Shown here in pieces: positions 1-12,705 of a stretch of DNA of 64,000 nucleotides. Every line of letters starts with the position of its first letter. The first letter of the stretch is position 1. The notes below the pieces were generated by a model. The model had not been told where the DNA came from. It saw nothing but the letters and a program-made list of their open reading frames with translations, and ran no database searches. Where the stretch lies: positions 214,646,001 to 214,710,000 of the forward strand of contig NC_058368.1 in the NCBI RefSeq assembly GCF_018350175.1. Direction: 5' to 3'. The DNA is from Felis catus (taxonomy: Eukaryota). The position numbers and the translations under genes were made by a program.

Positions 1-110
1 TGTATTAATATTATTTTATATTCGTGCTTCCCACTTTCCCTATTATCAGTATTGTACTGTAAGTTTGAAGTTAAATCATGAGCTGGGAGCATAAATATCC
101 TTTAATATTA

Positions 111-310
111 GGGGTGCCTAGGTGGCTCAGCTGGTTAAGCATCTGACTTTGGCTCAGGTCATGATCTTGCAGTTTGTGGGCTCAAGCCCTGCGTTGGGCT
201 CTGTGCTGACAGCACAGAGCCTGGAGCCTGCTTCAGATTTTGTGTCTCCCTCTCTCTCTGCCCTTCCCTGCTCACGTACTCTAAAATAAATAAACATAAA
301 AAAATTTGTT
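111..310 (+). mobile_element. Carnivore/felid SINE (SINEC_Fc-like)
   Basis: GGGGTGCCTAGGTGGCTCAG head, (CT)n tract, A-rich tail; TSD atcctttaatat on both sides. Confidence 0.95.
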
Positions 311-859
311 AAATCCTTTAATATCATTATATATGGTTAAAAAATAGAGTAGCTAGGTACAAAATAAAGATAAGGTATCAGAGAGAACCTTATTTATGAT
401 GACAAAACATTCATTTTTTTCCATGCCCTTCCCTAGCTTTACAATTTCTGTGATTTCTGCTGACATGTGTTCGCAAAGGCTTTCTACTACTAAGTCTATA
501 GATTTCTCTAGGTTTATTATAGAAGTAGTTTATTCCATGTGAAAATTTGCATTTATACCTAATTTATACATGAAAGCTGATGTGAAAAAAGTACTTAGGC
601 ATTAAAATAATAAGAGTATAAAACAATAAAAAATATAAAGAGGATAGTTTATACATGACCTAAACTCAATGTTGCTTACAGATTTGTCTTAATTGATTTT
701 ATGTAGCTCAAGCTTAATTATGGATGGTGCTGAGGATGGTTATGTATTTATTGAGATTTGAGGAATGCCAGAAAGCACAGATGAACCAGAAGTGTCATGT
801 TCACGCATCTGACTAAAAATACATCTTTTCCCTTCTTGCTTCCTAACTAAAATTGCTAT

Positions 860-1430
860 AGAATGTCAGACAGGGAAGATTGTATGGACTGGAAGAGTCA
901 GTTCCATGAGAGAAACTTCCCTTAGCTGAAACTTAATGACTGGATCAAGCTGGATTTTTCAGGAAGATGTAGGCAGGTCTTTCTCACTTGGAAAAGCAAC
1001 ATAAATAAAGTAAGAGAGTTGACATTGGCAAGAACTTTTGGGGGAATAAAGCAGATGGTGTAAGTTTGAGAAATTACAGAAGTTAAAAAAGGATGAGCAA
1101 TCTAAGACTAGTTAATGGGGACTTAGAATCTTAAACTTGATCCAATAGGTGATATGGTACCAATATAGTTTTCAATCAGGGAAGTGGCATAATGAAAATA
1201 ACATTTTTGGAAGATTCATCTAGCAGAGGTGACAGGATTGATTTAAAGAGGCTAAAGGAAAATCAAGAAGGTTGAGTTGAGAGACCAGATCCAGTAATAG
1301 ATTTAGAAGATTTAAAACAAGCCTTCTTAAAGTAGGAGACTCATGCTTTTTTGACAGCATAGGAGATGGAACTGGTAAAAAGGGACAGTAAGAGAAGGCT
1401 GAGAAAAAATAGAATAAATGCATGATTAGG
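860..1430 (-). mobile_element. LINE L2 fragment, highly diverged
   Basis: Purine-rich tract resembling the antisense L2 3' region (recalled consensus). Confidence 0.55.
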
Positions 1431-1929
1431 TGTATTCAGAAAGTAGGCTATAACAGGATTCAGGGTTCTGGTCGTAGAGGGGGGATGGATGTAAAAGAAC
1501 GAAAGACAAACTGACAGTACGTCAGAAGTCAGTGATATATTGAACGGTGGAGGTGAGTTTTCTCAGGTTTCTCTTGTCCGGCATAAAATATAGTGGGGTT
1601 ACATTTTATGTGATTATTCTTAGACCTCATTCCTCAGAGCTAAAGTAAATTGAAAGTTGGTTGAAAAATTACTAAGTGAACTATGGCAATACCTCCATCT
1701 CCTTTCTAAAAGCATACATATTTTTGGTTTGAAATATTTAGGAAGTTATACAGAAAAACAGGATTTATGTTTGCTTTATTTTGACATATGGTTTACATTT
1801 TGAAAACCTTGCCCTAGGATGGCATTGGATAAAATTATGATGATAAAATTGGGCATAGTGAAAACAAAATCACAAAATTCAAACCAGTAATAGATTTTAT
1901 AAATCATGTAATTACATGTGTAGTAAAAC

Positions 1930-3060
1930 AATAAATATTTATTGACTATCTACCAGGTGTCAAGCCTATTGAAGGCATTGGTCATACATATATAGAGAAA
2001 AAAAGAAAACAAAAAACTGTCCTCTACAGTGTGCTAAAGGAAATGGCCATTAAAACAAATGAACAAGCACATATATAATCATCCATTTTGAAAAGTGCAT
2101 GTTATGAGTTTAATTGTGTCTCACCCCTACCCCACCCCCCCCACCCAACGCCATTCATATGTTTAAAAACATTCTATTCCCAGGACCTCAGGATGGGACC
2201 ATTTTTGGTAATAGGCTTGTTGCAGGTGCAGTCATCTTCAGGTGACGTTATACTGGAGTAGTGTGGGACCCTAATTCAATATGTTGTCCTTATCAAAGGG
2301 AAATTTGGATACAAACATGAACACAGTGAGAACGCCACACAAAGATGAAGGTAGATGTCAGGGTGATGTTTCTATATGCCAGGGGTGCCAAAGATTGGTA
2401 GCAAACCACCAAAGACTAGAAGAGAAAGAACAGATTCTTCCTCATGGCTCTCAGAAGAAGCCGACTCTTCTGATACCTTGATGTTGGACTTCTAACCTCC
2501 AGAACAGTGAGATAATACATTTCTGTTGTATAAGTCACTCAATTTGTCATATCTTGTATGGCAACCCTAGTGAAATAATACAGTATTGCAAAGGAGAATT
2601 ACTGGTGACACTGAGGGTAAGTGGATAGAAGCTTACTTTGGATTGGGTGAGCAATGGAGACCTCTTTGAAGAAGTTATATTTAGTCTCTACCTGAAGAGG
2701 GAGAATGAGCCAGCCATACGAGGTAATATGGGATGAGTGATCTGGACATAAGAAGGAGTATATGCAAAGGCCCTCCGAAGGAAAAGAACTTGGCCTAAGT
2801 AAAATCAGTGTGTCAGGCACATAGCCAATGAAGGGGATAGTGGCACAGATGAAACCAGATAGATCTTGGTTAGGGGTTTGAATTTTGTTCTAATAGCAAT
2901 AAGGAGAATTTCATGGGCTTTAAGTAGGTGGTGACATGATCCAATTTACATGTTTAAATAAATTCTAACTACTATGCAAAGAATGATGGAGAGGGAAGTG
3001 GAGAACATAATTAGAAAATGGCAGCATTAGACCAGATCTGTAGGCTGGAATAGGTTTGTG
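1930..3060 (-). mobile_element. LINE L2 3' end, interrupted by an MLT1C-like LTR
   Basis: caataaatatttattgactatctaccaggtgtcaagc is typical of an antisense L2 3' terminus; similarity resumes after 2582. Confidence 0.7.
2100..2582 (+). mobile_element. MaLR solo LTR (MLT1C-like)
   Basis: TGTTATG...AATACA termini; internal caaaccacca, ggacttctaacctccagaac and tttctgttg motifs. Confidence 0.85.
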
Positions 3061-3121
3061 CCAGCAGAATATAGATGAAGTTTGTCAGGCCAAAGAAAGG
3101 TCTATGAAAGCGGAAAAATGG

Positions 3122-3163
3122 AAGTTAAGTGAGGTGCACATTAAGTTAAGTTAGGTGCACGTT
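3122..3163. repeat. 21-bp tandem duplication
   Basis: aagttaagtgaggtgcacatt followed by aagttaagttaggtgcacgtt. Confidence 0.85.
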
Positions 3164-3482
3164 GAAGTCTTCTCATTCTTGGTCCGGTGTCCTTGCAACC
3201 TGCAAATGTGTAGTCATTGATTTTATAGTATTATTTGAATTAGATAGTAGTAAGGGGGTGCTTCCATGGATTGTATTGAGAATAGATGCACAGGCACATG
3301 CCTGGCACATAAAAAGGCCAAAATGGATAGAAAATAGCGACACAATGTCAAGAGCACAGAAATAAGATCCAGACTTGCAATCTACTTTTAGCCTTGCCAG
3401 TATTTGTTTGTGCCTCAGGAAAAGGAGTTCAGAGTGTCAGATAATTTCTAAGATGCCTATTAATTTTAAAATTTGTTTTCTC

Positions 3483-4130
3483 CCCAGCAGTTGTACTTCT
3501 GGGTATGTGTCCTAATAATATTCATAATACGTTTGCACAAGGGGATGTGTATAAGGATCTGCACTAAAAACATTGTTTAAAACAGCAGACATAAAGGAAC
3601 TTAAGCATGCACCAACAAAAAGAAATAAAATATGGGGCACCTGGGTGGCTCACTTGGTTGGGCATCTGACTTCGGCTCAGGTCATGATCTCATGGTTGGT
3701 GAGTTCGAGCCCTGTGTTGGGCTCTGTGCTGACAGCTCAGAGCCTGGAGCCTGCTTTGGATTCTGTGTCTCACTCTCTCTCTGCCTCTCCCCCTACTTGT
3801 GCTCTGTCTCTCTCTCTCTCTCCAAAATAAACATTTAAAAAATGAAAAAAAAAAGAAATAAAGTATGTTATGTTTATATAACACAATGCTATTTAGCCAT
3901 TTAAAAGAATGAACCCTATACATATCACAAATACAGAATGTTGAATGCAAAAAGAAATAGGTCTTAGAATGGTACTTGAAACCGTTTATCTTTTATAGAA
4001 TCACATGCATGTAAAACTGCTAACAGTAAAAAGGAAGGAGGCAATTTGGTTAATTATTGGGCTGGATAAGGAAACAATACTGGGGATAGGCTATAAAGAA
4101 AGCTTTCCAAGTTAATGCTTTATATAAACT
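3483..4130 (+). mobile_element. Old L1 (L1ME-like) ORF2 end/3' UTR fragment
   Basis: cccagcagttgtacttctgggtatgt and tatttagccatttaaaagaatgaa match L1 3' motifs; split by a SINE. Confidence 0.7.
3634..3850 (+). mobile_element. SINEC_Fc-like SINE
   Basis: Canonical head, (CT)n and A tail; TSD aaaagaaataaa(a/g)tat. Confidence 0.95.
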
Positions 4131-4145
4131 CATATTAAACTACAA

Positions 4146-4336
4146 GGGCACCTGGGTGACTCAGTTAAGTGTCTGACTCTTGATTCCAGCTCAGGTCATG
4201 ATTCCAGGGTGGTGAGATTGAGCCCTGCATCAGGCTACATGCTGGGTATGGATAATGCTTGGGATTCTCTCTCTCTGTGCCCCTTCTGCCACCCGTGTGC
4301 TCTCTCTCTTTCTAAAATAAAATTAAAAAGCAAAAA
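4146..4336 (+). mobile_element. Older carnivore SINE (SINEC)
   Basis: gggcacctgggtgactcag...gactcttgattccagctcaggtcatga; (CT)n and A tail. Confidence 0.9.
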
Positions 4337-5861
4337 TAAACTATATATAATAGTGTTTTAAAAGTTTGTTATATTATTCCTTGTATATTTAGTTTTATGA
4401 CTCCATAAGTAAGTTAAAATAGATTATTTTTATTTTTACCATGGAGAATAAAAGCCTCATTTGGATATGTTATATATTTTAATACCACACTTTTGATTTC
4501 CTAAGATTAGAGAAATCATTGTATGACTTCCGCTTATACCTAACTTTCATAATTCCTTAAAGTTGGTGTTTTATTCAGTTAATATGTAGTTTAAATATAT
4601 TGAACACAATGCTCACATACTTTGCATATAAATGCTGTAAAAATTTTAGAAGGACACATTAGCAAGTAAAGGAAAATAAATAACATTAGCTATTCTTTTT
4701 AACTATAGCAAAGCTAATTTCCATGTTGTGCTGTGGTTCTGTTTTTCTGAATGTCTTCATAGCTATTCCCGTTTTGTTCCCCTTTTTGGAAAGTTAATTG
4801 TATGTGGTCATTTTTTTAAATGCTAAGATGGACAAATATTTTGCTGTACTAAGGAACAAAAGTGTTTCACTATTATGGAGGGCGCAACTCTATTGGTTGA
4901 TTTTCTAAAAAAGAAATATAAGACAACTTCAAAAAAAACTACAACAAACATATTTGACAGGAGGTTCACAAATGTAACTTTCAGTCACTTAAATATTTTG
5001 TTCTGTCTTTCTTATCTTCTCAGCCTATTGTCCCTATTCCTCATCTTACAGTTTTTGTTATGCTTGTATGATGAGCTCAAAGCATGAAAAGCTGTTGTTT
5101 TCAACCTTTATTAATGTTTCCCAACTTATTTCCCTGTTTGCCTGTTGACAGCCTGCCAAAATCACCCTCCGGTGAATTGTAAAAAGATTGGGGTGGCAGT
5201 CATGGGACCCAAAATGTGTTGCGGATAATTAGTAGATCAGATCTTTGTCACAGCAGATACTTGGCTACCCACACATCTCTATTTTTAAGCCTCGTGTGTC
5301 GCACAATGTGTATTCATTGTCTGCTTTAGTGTGAAGGGCACATCTCTGCATTGTATATAATAGAGCTGCGTTGAATGAGAAATGCTATTATTCTTCTGTC
5401 GTTTTGTACTGTTGCTGGTTAACACATAAGATGTACATATTTGGTGAATAATTGAAACTACCTTTGGCTTTTAAGTGGCTTTAGAAAGGGGAATTACCTG
5501 TTGTGCTACTTACTGAAGTAATCCAACCATTACGGTTTTTGTTTCCCAATAGAGGGAGGAAACAAAAATCTCCTTAAATGATCACATTTGTTTTCATGCC
5601 AAGTAGCTCCAGCTAATTTGATTGGCAAGAATAGAGGGTAAAGAGATTAGTTCTTGAATCACACAAAACAGAAGAGCTTTTTTAAAAGTGTAAGATACAA
5701 GGTGATAAATTGAGGTAAAAGAAGAAATGAGATTTCAGGATGATGAAAATGCCAGGGTTATCGGTAGGCTTTCACCAGAATCAATTGCAGAATAGCAGGT
5801 CCTGAATTATTATTCAGTGATGTGTTCTCTTTAAATACTGTCTAATGGCATAGCCTCTGTG

Positions 5862-5888
5862 GTGTGTGTGTGTGTGTGTGTGTGTGTG
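5862..5888. repeat. (TG)n microsatellite
   Basis: Directly visible. Confidence 0.95.
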
Positions 5889-6149
5889 ATATTCAAGAAT
5901 TGTACTTAACACTTGTCCCATTTCATTGTTCTCACACTTCTTGTGCCTACCTGTGTTTCAGTAGTAAAGGAAAAGTATCAGTTTTGTATCAATGGTGTCA
6001 ACGTATGATGGTTATGTAGTTATGATATAACCAATTAGTTGTTATAGTATTTTGACTAGAAATTACTTACTCTGAAAAAAGTAGTAACACCCAAAATCAG
6101 TCTTAAAGTCTGAAAAAAGCAGGAAAGATCGTGCTTTCTCCTATGGCTA

Positions 6150-6290
6150 GAAGGTTAACTTGGCGAAGTCACACAAACTGTAAAAATTGTAGATTTGTTA
6201 TCTGTAAAATGGGCACAAAAATAGCTGTTCTTCCTATCTTAAGGGATTCTTATTAAGTAGAAATGAATTGATATAAGTAACCCCTTTGGA
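6150..6290 (+). mobile_element. MIR fragment
   Basis: Core-like atctgtaaaatggg with flanking MIR similarity. Confidence 0.7.
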
Positions 6291-6326
6291 ATTTCTTAGA
6301 TGTTTTGACAAGTGTAAGGTATTATT

Positions 6327-6540
6327 ATTATTATTATTTTTTTATTTTTGGGACAGAGAGACAGAGCATGAACGGGGGAGGGGCAGAGAGAGAGGGAGAC
6401 ACAGAATCGGAAACAGGCTCCAGGCTCCGAGCCATCAGCCCAGAGCCTGACGCGGGGCTCGAACTCACGGACCTCGAGATCGTGAGATTGTGACGGGGCT
6501 GAAGTCGGACGCTTAACCGACTGCGCCACCCAGGCGCCCC
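6327..6540 (-). mobile_element. Young SINEC_Fc SINE
   Basis: CpG-rich; perfect 14-bp TSD tgtaaggtattatt. Confidence 0.97.
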
Positions 6541-7127
6541 TGTAAGGTATTATTAATAATAATTTGAATACTGACCTTGGCTTCTTCTTTTCTAAATCAG
6601 CATTCATTCACTCTTCTCTTCAAAAACTAATACCAAAATACTATTTTTCAAGTATATACTGTAGGTATTGGCAAAACAGCAGCAAACTAAACAAAGAATA
6701 ATTTCTGCCTTCATAGACCTTAAACGTTAGTGATTTGAAATAGCAATAATGGGTAAAATTTATAATGTCAACTGGTGAGAAGTGCTATAAAGTAAGAGGA
6801 AGAGGATGCTTTAAATATGAGTCATTTGTAGAATTAACTTGAAGGAGATGGTGGCCTAAGCAGTGATGAGGACCAGATTGTTTATTACAATACTAGTTTA
6901 AAGAAAATGGCTGTTGAATTTTATTGAATGAATGGCTTTCATTAGTCAATCAAAGCTATGTGTGTCACTTACCAATATTTAACAAAAAACCTCAGCCAAG
7001 TGGTTTGGCATTTAAAACTTTTTTCTCATCCCATGTTTTATATTTCAAATACAATTTTTATTTTTCTCCATTTCTCCTTTTCTTGGACATGCACACAAAA
7101 ATTATTAATGTAAGAAACACAAATGAA

Positions 7128-7128
<1 letters not shown>

Positions 7129-7175
<47 letters not shown>
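7129..7175. repeat. (TG)n microsatellite
   Basis: Directly visible. Confidence 0.95.
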
Positions 7176-7177
<2 letters not shown>

Positions 7178-7188
7178 GGTCATGTGAA

Positions 7189-8296
7189 TGCAATGTAATA
7201 AAAATTAAGTTGGGATATTAACATGTGCAAAGTCAAGGGTAAGTCTACTCTCCAAAATAATATAATGTGCTTTAAGGTTGTTTAAAAAATGCTGGATTAC
7301 CTTCTCTCATGCAAACATACACACAAAACAAACGTATACTTTCTTAGCACAGTTGCCCTAGAAAACAGATGTAAAGGCATAAATTAATGGGCTAACATTT
7401 CATTAGGGAGAGAAACAGCTAATTTCCTAATTATGTGGGAAATTCCTAATTTCATTAGGGAGGGAAGGATGGGAGAAGTGCATCACAAAATTGACCAGTG
7501 TCTTAGGCACAGCTGATTGCTCCATGGCTATCAAAAGATACCATAGGAGAGTGCCTGTGAATTTCTGAGCATCCTCAGAGTCTATTGAGGTGGTGCGTGA
7601 GGATCTAAAAAAGAATTTATCTAGTGTCTCCCATTTCCCATGGAGCTCTTCTGGGTTGGCCATCTAAGATACCAGAAGCCAAGACAGCAGCAGTGGCATC
7701 TGCGACCTGGAGTGCCTTACTACTCATAGCATTCCATACCTGCCTGCCTATGGTTTGTAGCCCCAAGGGGCAGGCCAGGTGAGGCAGTCACCCTGTGTGT
7801 GTGTTGAGTAGATCCTTTGGCTCTGATCTTTCAGTGGCAAGAAGGAAGGTTTGAAGTACAAAGCTGGAGTTGTATTCTAGGAAGTGGGGAACTCTCTGAT
7901 GGTGCCTATGAGAAACAAGAGAACCTGGGATCATCTACTATCTCATATCTGGACTACTGAACAGATGGAGCATAAAATAAAATATTGGACCTCAATGAAC
8001 TTCCACTAAAAGTCCTGTCTTCTCCATGGAGTGTGACAGATCTCAGGTAATCTTAACTGGGGGTGGAGGCAGGTGACATCAGCAACACTGAGCCAAGACT
8101 ATGGCCCAGTCATTAGAAGAGGAACATAAATATGTCTGGAACCTAGGTCTTATTGCAACTTATTAAATTATAAGGAAGAGAGGTTCCAACCACAATGGAA
8201 ATTTATAAAATATAAATTAAACCAAAAAAAAATAAAGTTATCTTTTAAAATATCTATTAAATTGGTTAATATAAAACATCAATATTCTGCACCACA
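7189..8296 (+). mobile_element. Probable ancient solo LTR (mammalian Gypsy-type, MamGypLTR/LTR85/LTR88-like)
   Basis: TG...CA ends; 5' ttgggatattaa; GC-richer purine body; 3' aataaagttatctttt...caccaca; family from recalled consensus only. Confidence 0.45.
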
Positions 8297-8664
8297 TTTT
8301 TGTTACATTGAAAGGATGCTTTTTCTTATAAAGCTAATGATTATATTAGCTGATTTGATTTTTATAGTAATATATTTCATTTTTTAAGATTGTTGCTACA
8401 GAATGACATACATTCTCTCTCACACACATGCAAACACACATTCATACACATAGCAAAACATTAATGGTGGATTAAATTAAGTCCCATATTTCTCAGAATA
8501 GTGTAACCACATGATGTGGGGAAAGTATAGTGTAAGTTAGGTCAGCTCTTCTTGGTTCCTAAATTCCTAATGGTAGTACACAACCAGTGTCAGTGAAGTA
8601 TTTGAAGAGTTGGGCCCTTCCAGATGGGGAAAGCCCATTTATTTAATACATAGTTCCTTTATAC

Positions 8665-8869
8665 CAGGTGTAGAGAAATTATGGCTGAAGGCGAAATCTG
8701 GACCACTATGTTATAAATAAAGTTTTGTTGGAACACAGCTACTCTGATTCATTGACATATTATCAATGGCTGATTTCCAGGGTTGAGTAATTGCAACAAA
8801 GACCATATAGCCTATAAAGTGTAAAGTATTTACTATTTGACCATTTACAGTCAAACTTTGCCAACTCTG
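8665..8869 (+). mobile_element. MER58A (hAT-Charlie MITE)
   Basis: aaataaagttttgttggaacacagc...tatttactatttgaccatttacag...tttgccaactctg; CAG...CTG ends. Confidence 0.9.
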
Positions 8870-9819
8870 TATTATTGGCTTACATTAAAATTCATGAAGA
8901 CTATATAGTCACAAATAATATACACCCTTACAAAGAGTATTTATAGAAGTTTGAAGTATTTATGGGTTTTAAACTCAACTTAACATTAGCAAAACCTTGT
9001 CCCTGTTGAGGATGGGTCAAGTGTTCCAGGTTTCCAGCCACCCATAAAACTTTTTTCACATAGTCCACCCTCTGACTCTAATTTAATAACTATTTACATG
9101 AAGTCATCTTAACTAAAGATCAACTAAACATCCAATCATAATATTGGGGGTGCCTCTATATATTTGTACATATATTGGCAAAATATGTAAAATATCTCTT
9201 GTTATAGCAAATTCATCTCATCAAATTTATTCTAAAGGCATATTTATGTACAATTTTGCTAAAAGGTTTTTCATTCATACAGCATATCACAGAAGATTGG
9301 TAAAATAAATTATATTACTATTAGGTTGTAATTCTTATAAATTATATGTTGTGTAAAATGGCAAAATTGTTTACTATGGGTATGTAAAGGATGGTCACAA
9401 TTTCAACAATTTTGTTTTGAATAATATTTTGAAATGTAATTGATATAATTTTTATTCTTGATAACTATGTTTTAATCCCTATGCCCCTCCCACCATTAAC
9501 ACCAGGCTACAAGGTAAATACTGCTCTAAGGAGAAAAGTGAAAGCGTCATATACAAGTGATCAGTTCTTCCTTTAACTTTCAAGTTGGGAGTTTTTAAAT
9601 TCAATTACCAAAGGAGTAATCTGCAAACCAAAGCACATTTGGCATGTAAGAACTAGATGGTTAAGATAGAAAATTTTTGTATGAGTTTTCCTATGAGTTG
9701 TTAAGTTGGAAGATCATAATCCAGAGCCTCCAGGACTCAGACTGAGAAAAATCACTGAACAGGGATGGATGCATGGTAGGACATAAAATTATAATGCTCT
9801 GCACTGGGTGAAATTAACT

Positions 9820-10025
9820 ACTGCAAGTGTTTTTCATATTTTAAGTTGTTGAATTCTTGTGAAGTAGATGCTATATTATTACTGCTATTTTGTAGGTAAG
9901 AAAACTGAGGCATAGGCAGGTTAGTTAACTTGAAGAGGGTTATACACAACTGGTGAGTAGTAGAGCTGGTATTTTAATTTAGGCAGTTTAGCTCCAGAGT
10001 ACATGCCATTCACCTCTATGCAATA
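9820..10025 (-). mobile_element. MIR
   Basis: ttttgtaggtaagaaaactgaggcataggcaggttagttaacttg is an antisense MIR core. Confidence 0.8.
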
Positions 10026-10080
10026 CAGCTTATCCAAGAAATAATAATATTTCTTCTGCTACAAAAAGAAATATGATTCA

Positions 10081-10303
10081 GGGGCGTCTGGGTGACTCAG
10101 TCAGCTAAGCCTCCAACCTGGGCTCAGGTCATGATCTCATGGCTAATGAGTTCGAACCCTGCATCGGGCTCTGTGCTGACAGCTCAGAGCCTGGAACCTG
10201 CTTCGGATTCTGCGTCTCCCTCTCTCTCTCTCTGCCCCTCCCCCATTAACACACACAACTCTCTCTCTCTCTCTCAAAAATAAATAAACATTAAAAATTA
10301 AAA
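10081..10303 (+). mobile_element. SINEC_Fc-like SINE
   Basis: Canonical body; TSD aaaagaaata(t/g)gattca. Confidence 0.95.
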
Positions 10304-10428
10304 AAAGAAATAGGATTCAACCACTTAAAGGCTAGAAAGAGGAAAACAGAATAAAAAAGGAGATCAAGACAGCATAGATGCATACACATGATTGAATCCT
10401 GGTTCTGCCTTCTCCTGGGTTTGAATTA

Positions 10429-10775
10429 TGCTATGGATTGAATATTTGTGTCTTTTCATAACTCATATGTTGAAATCCTAATCCCCAAAATGATGATGTT
10501 GGAGATGGGACCTCTGGTAGATAATTATATTATGAGGATAGGGCCTTCAAGATGGATGAACACTCTTATAAGAAAAGACCAGAGAGAGCTTGCTTCCTCT
10601 TTCTGGGGCTGCAGCAAGAGGGCAGCTATCTGCAAACCAGTTACAGGACCATCATCAGAAACCAACCATGCCCCATCTTGGACTTCCCACACTCCAAAAT
10701 CCAGAGGAAGGTTTCTGTTGTTCAAGCCATCCAATCTGCGGTGATTTGTTATAACAGCCCAAACTGACAAAGACA
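10429..10775 (+). mobile_element. MaLR solo LTR (MLT1A-like)
   Basis: TGCTATGG...AAAGACA termini; tcatatgttgaaatcctaatcccc; tttctgttgttcaagcca. Confidence 0.85.
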
Positions 10776-11131
10776 AACCCTAACAGCATGAGTGGCAGTG
10801 GGGCATGGAAATCTTTTCTCCTGAAGAAATTCTAGAAGAAAACCTAAGGAATAAGTTTACTTATACATATAAGACCATATATCTCCATTTCCCTGGAAAG
10901 TCCTGGTTTCCCCTATTATTGTATTACTCTAATTACCATAGCACCCCTTTTTACTTTCAAAAGCAGCCCAGCTTAGAGAATAAATTTTATGGACTCCTTA
11001 TTTATGCATCAGTTAACACATAGACCTCAGGTAAGAGGCTAACCCACAGAGCACCCTTCTCCAACACTAGCAGAGTAGAACCTAGCAATAGTGTCAGACA
11101 GAGAGAGGACTTGAGAGAGCCATCACTCTGA

Positions 11132-11630
11132 CTATGTCAGTTACCTATTGCTGCACAACAAACTATTCCACAATATAATGGCTTAAAACAACAACCATTT
11201 GTTTACCTCTTGATCCTGTGAGTCAACAGTTTGGTCTGGTCTCATCCAGATTTGCTTCTTCTTCTGTAAACATCTGCTAGTTCTGCAATCAGTTGGCAGA
11301 TGATTGCTTGGTGCTTGCTGTTCTCAGGTGTCCTCACTTCCATGTCTGGCAGTTGACTGGCTGGTGTCTGTGACAGCTGTAGTCCTTCAAGGTGGCTCCA
11401 CATCTTCCAGCAGAATAGCTTGGACTTATTTTTATAGTGGTCTTAGCAAGTACACCAAGAGAGAGGACATGCCCCAGCCCCTAAGTATATTTCCAACCTC
11501 TGCTTGAGCCAAATTTGCTAACATTCTAATGGCCATAGGAAGTCCTATCACTGAGCCCAGAGTCAGTCTAGAAAGGTTCACAAAGTTAGGGGGTATGTTA
11601 CTAGAGAGAGGAGAAGAATTTGAAAACTTC
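11132..11630 (-). mobile_element. MaLR LTR (MLT1H/J-like)
   Basis: tcagttacctattgctgcacaacaaac...ggcttaaaacaacaaccattt is an antisense MLT1 3' end. Confidence 0.75.
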
Positions 11631-11639
11631 TGGAATGGA

Positions 11640-12545
11640 GGAGTTAAGTAGTTACCATGTACCCACTGTGGGAGCGGGGAGGGTGCAGAAAATAGTTAGG
11701 TGTCCCATTTGTCAGGGAAGTCATTTGTATCTTTGAACAGAGGGGACTGCTCAAACTAGGACCTGAATGGGAGTTGAAGGACAGGCCAAGGTGACAACCT
11801 AGTCAGCAACTGGACACGATACCAGGGGGCTCTGCAGGGGAAACTACCATGTGCTGCCCGTGACGAGAGAACATCAGCAGCAGATGCACCAGGAGCACAC
11901 GTGCGTTCGAGTGCCACGTCTGTTGAGACCCCTCAGCTAAGGACCGTGTGTATGCAGGCTGGGGCCTTCCCACCATGCCATCTGTTTCAGTCTTCTCAGG
12001 TTGCTCTAATAAAGTTCCACAGACCTAGTGGTTATATACAGCAGAAATTTATTTCTCACAGTTCTGGGGGCTGCAAGTCAACTATCAGGGTAACAGCATG
12101 GTCAGGATTGCAGGCTTTCAGTAGTAGGTGGTAAAGGCTAGGGAACCCTGTGGGGTCTCTTATAAGGCATCTGCCTTAATGATCTAATCACCTCCTTAAA
12201 GATTCCCCCCACCCCCACCAATACTATCACACTGGGCGTTAGGCTTCAACATATGAGTTTTGAGGGGGACAAACATCCAGATCATAGCACCATCACATTG
12301 TGGAGAGAAAGGAGGGAAAAAAAAGGTGGGGGGGGGGGGGAAGAGGTTGAAACTTTGGAATAATGAGAGTGAGCTAATGCAGACATGATTAAGTTAAACA
12401 AAAAGTGTTTTGATCACTTTAATATGGAAAACTCACCTGTTTTCCACTGCAAATATGCCAAGGGAGATTTGTCAACAAGTCCAGTTATAAAGAAATAAAA
12501 TCAAATATGTGTACCTCTAAGTAGTGACATTAAAATTTAAATTAC
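11640..12545 (+). mobile_element. Probable ancient Gypsy-type LTR (MamGypLTR-like), interrupted by MLT1A
   Basis: 3' end tccagttataaagaaataaa...gtgtacctctaagtag resembles the recalled MamGypLTR 3' end; 5' boundary uncertain. Confidence 0.45.
11983..12289 (-). mobile_element. MaLR solo LTR (MLT1A0-like)
   Basis: TG...CA termini; agaaatttatttctcacagttctgg; intact 5-bp TSD ccatc. Confidence 0.9.
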
Positions 12546-12554
12546 TTCTATTTT

Positions 12555-12705
12555 ACACACATAAACAAAAAAAAGTGAATATATTCACCCAAACGTTAAC
12601 CGTGGTAATCTTAGGTGTGAGGTTATGGATGACTTCTATTTCTTTAATTTTTCTATGTTCTCTAATATCTTCAAATGAACATGTATCAGCTTTGCAATAA
12701 GGAAG
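12555..12705 (+). mobile_element. L1ME 3' terminal fragment
   Basis: cacccaaacgttaaccgtggtaatctt...aatgaacatgtatcagctttgcaataa. Confidence 0.65.

Noticed and set aside
111..200. tRNA genes (pol III A/B boxes)
   Set aside because: These are tRNA-derived SINE heads with (CT)n, A tails and TSDs
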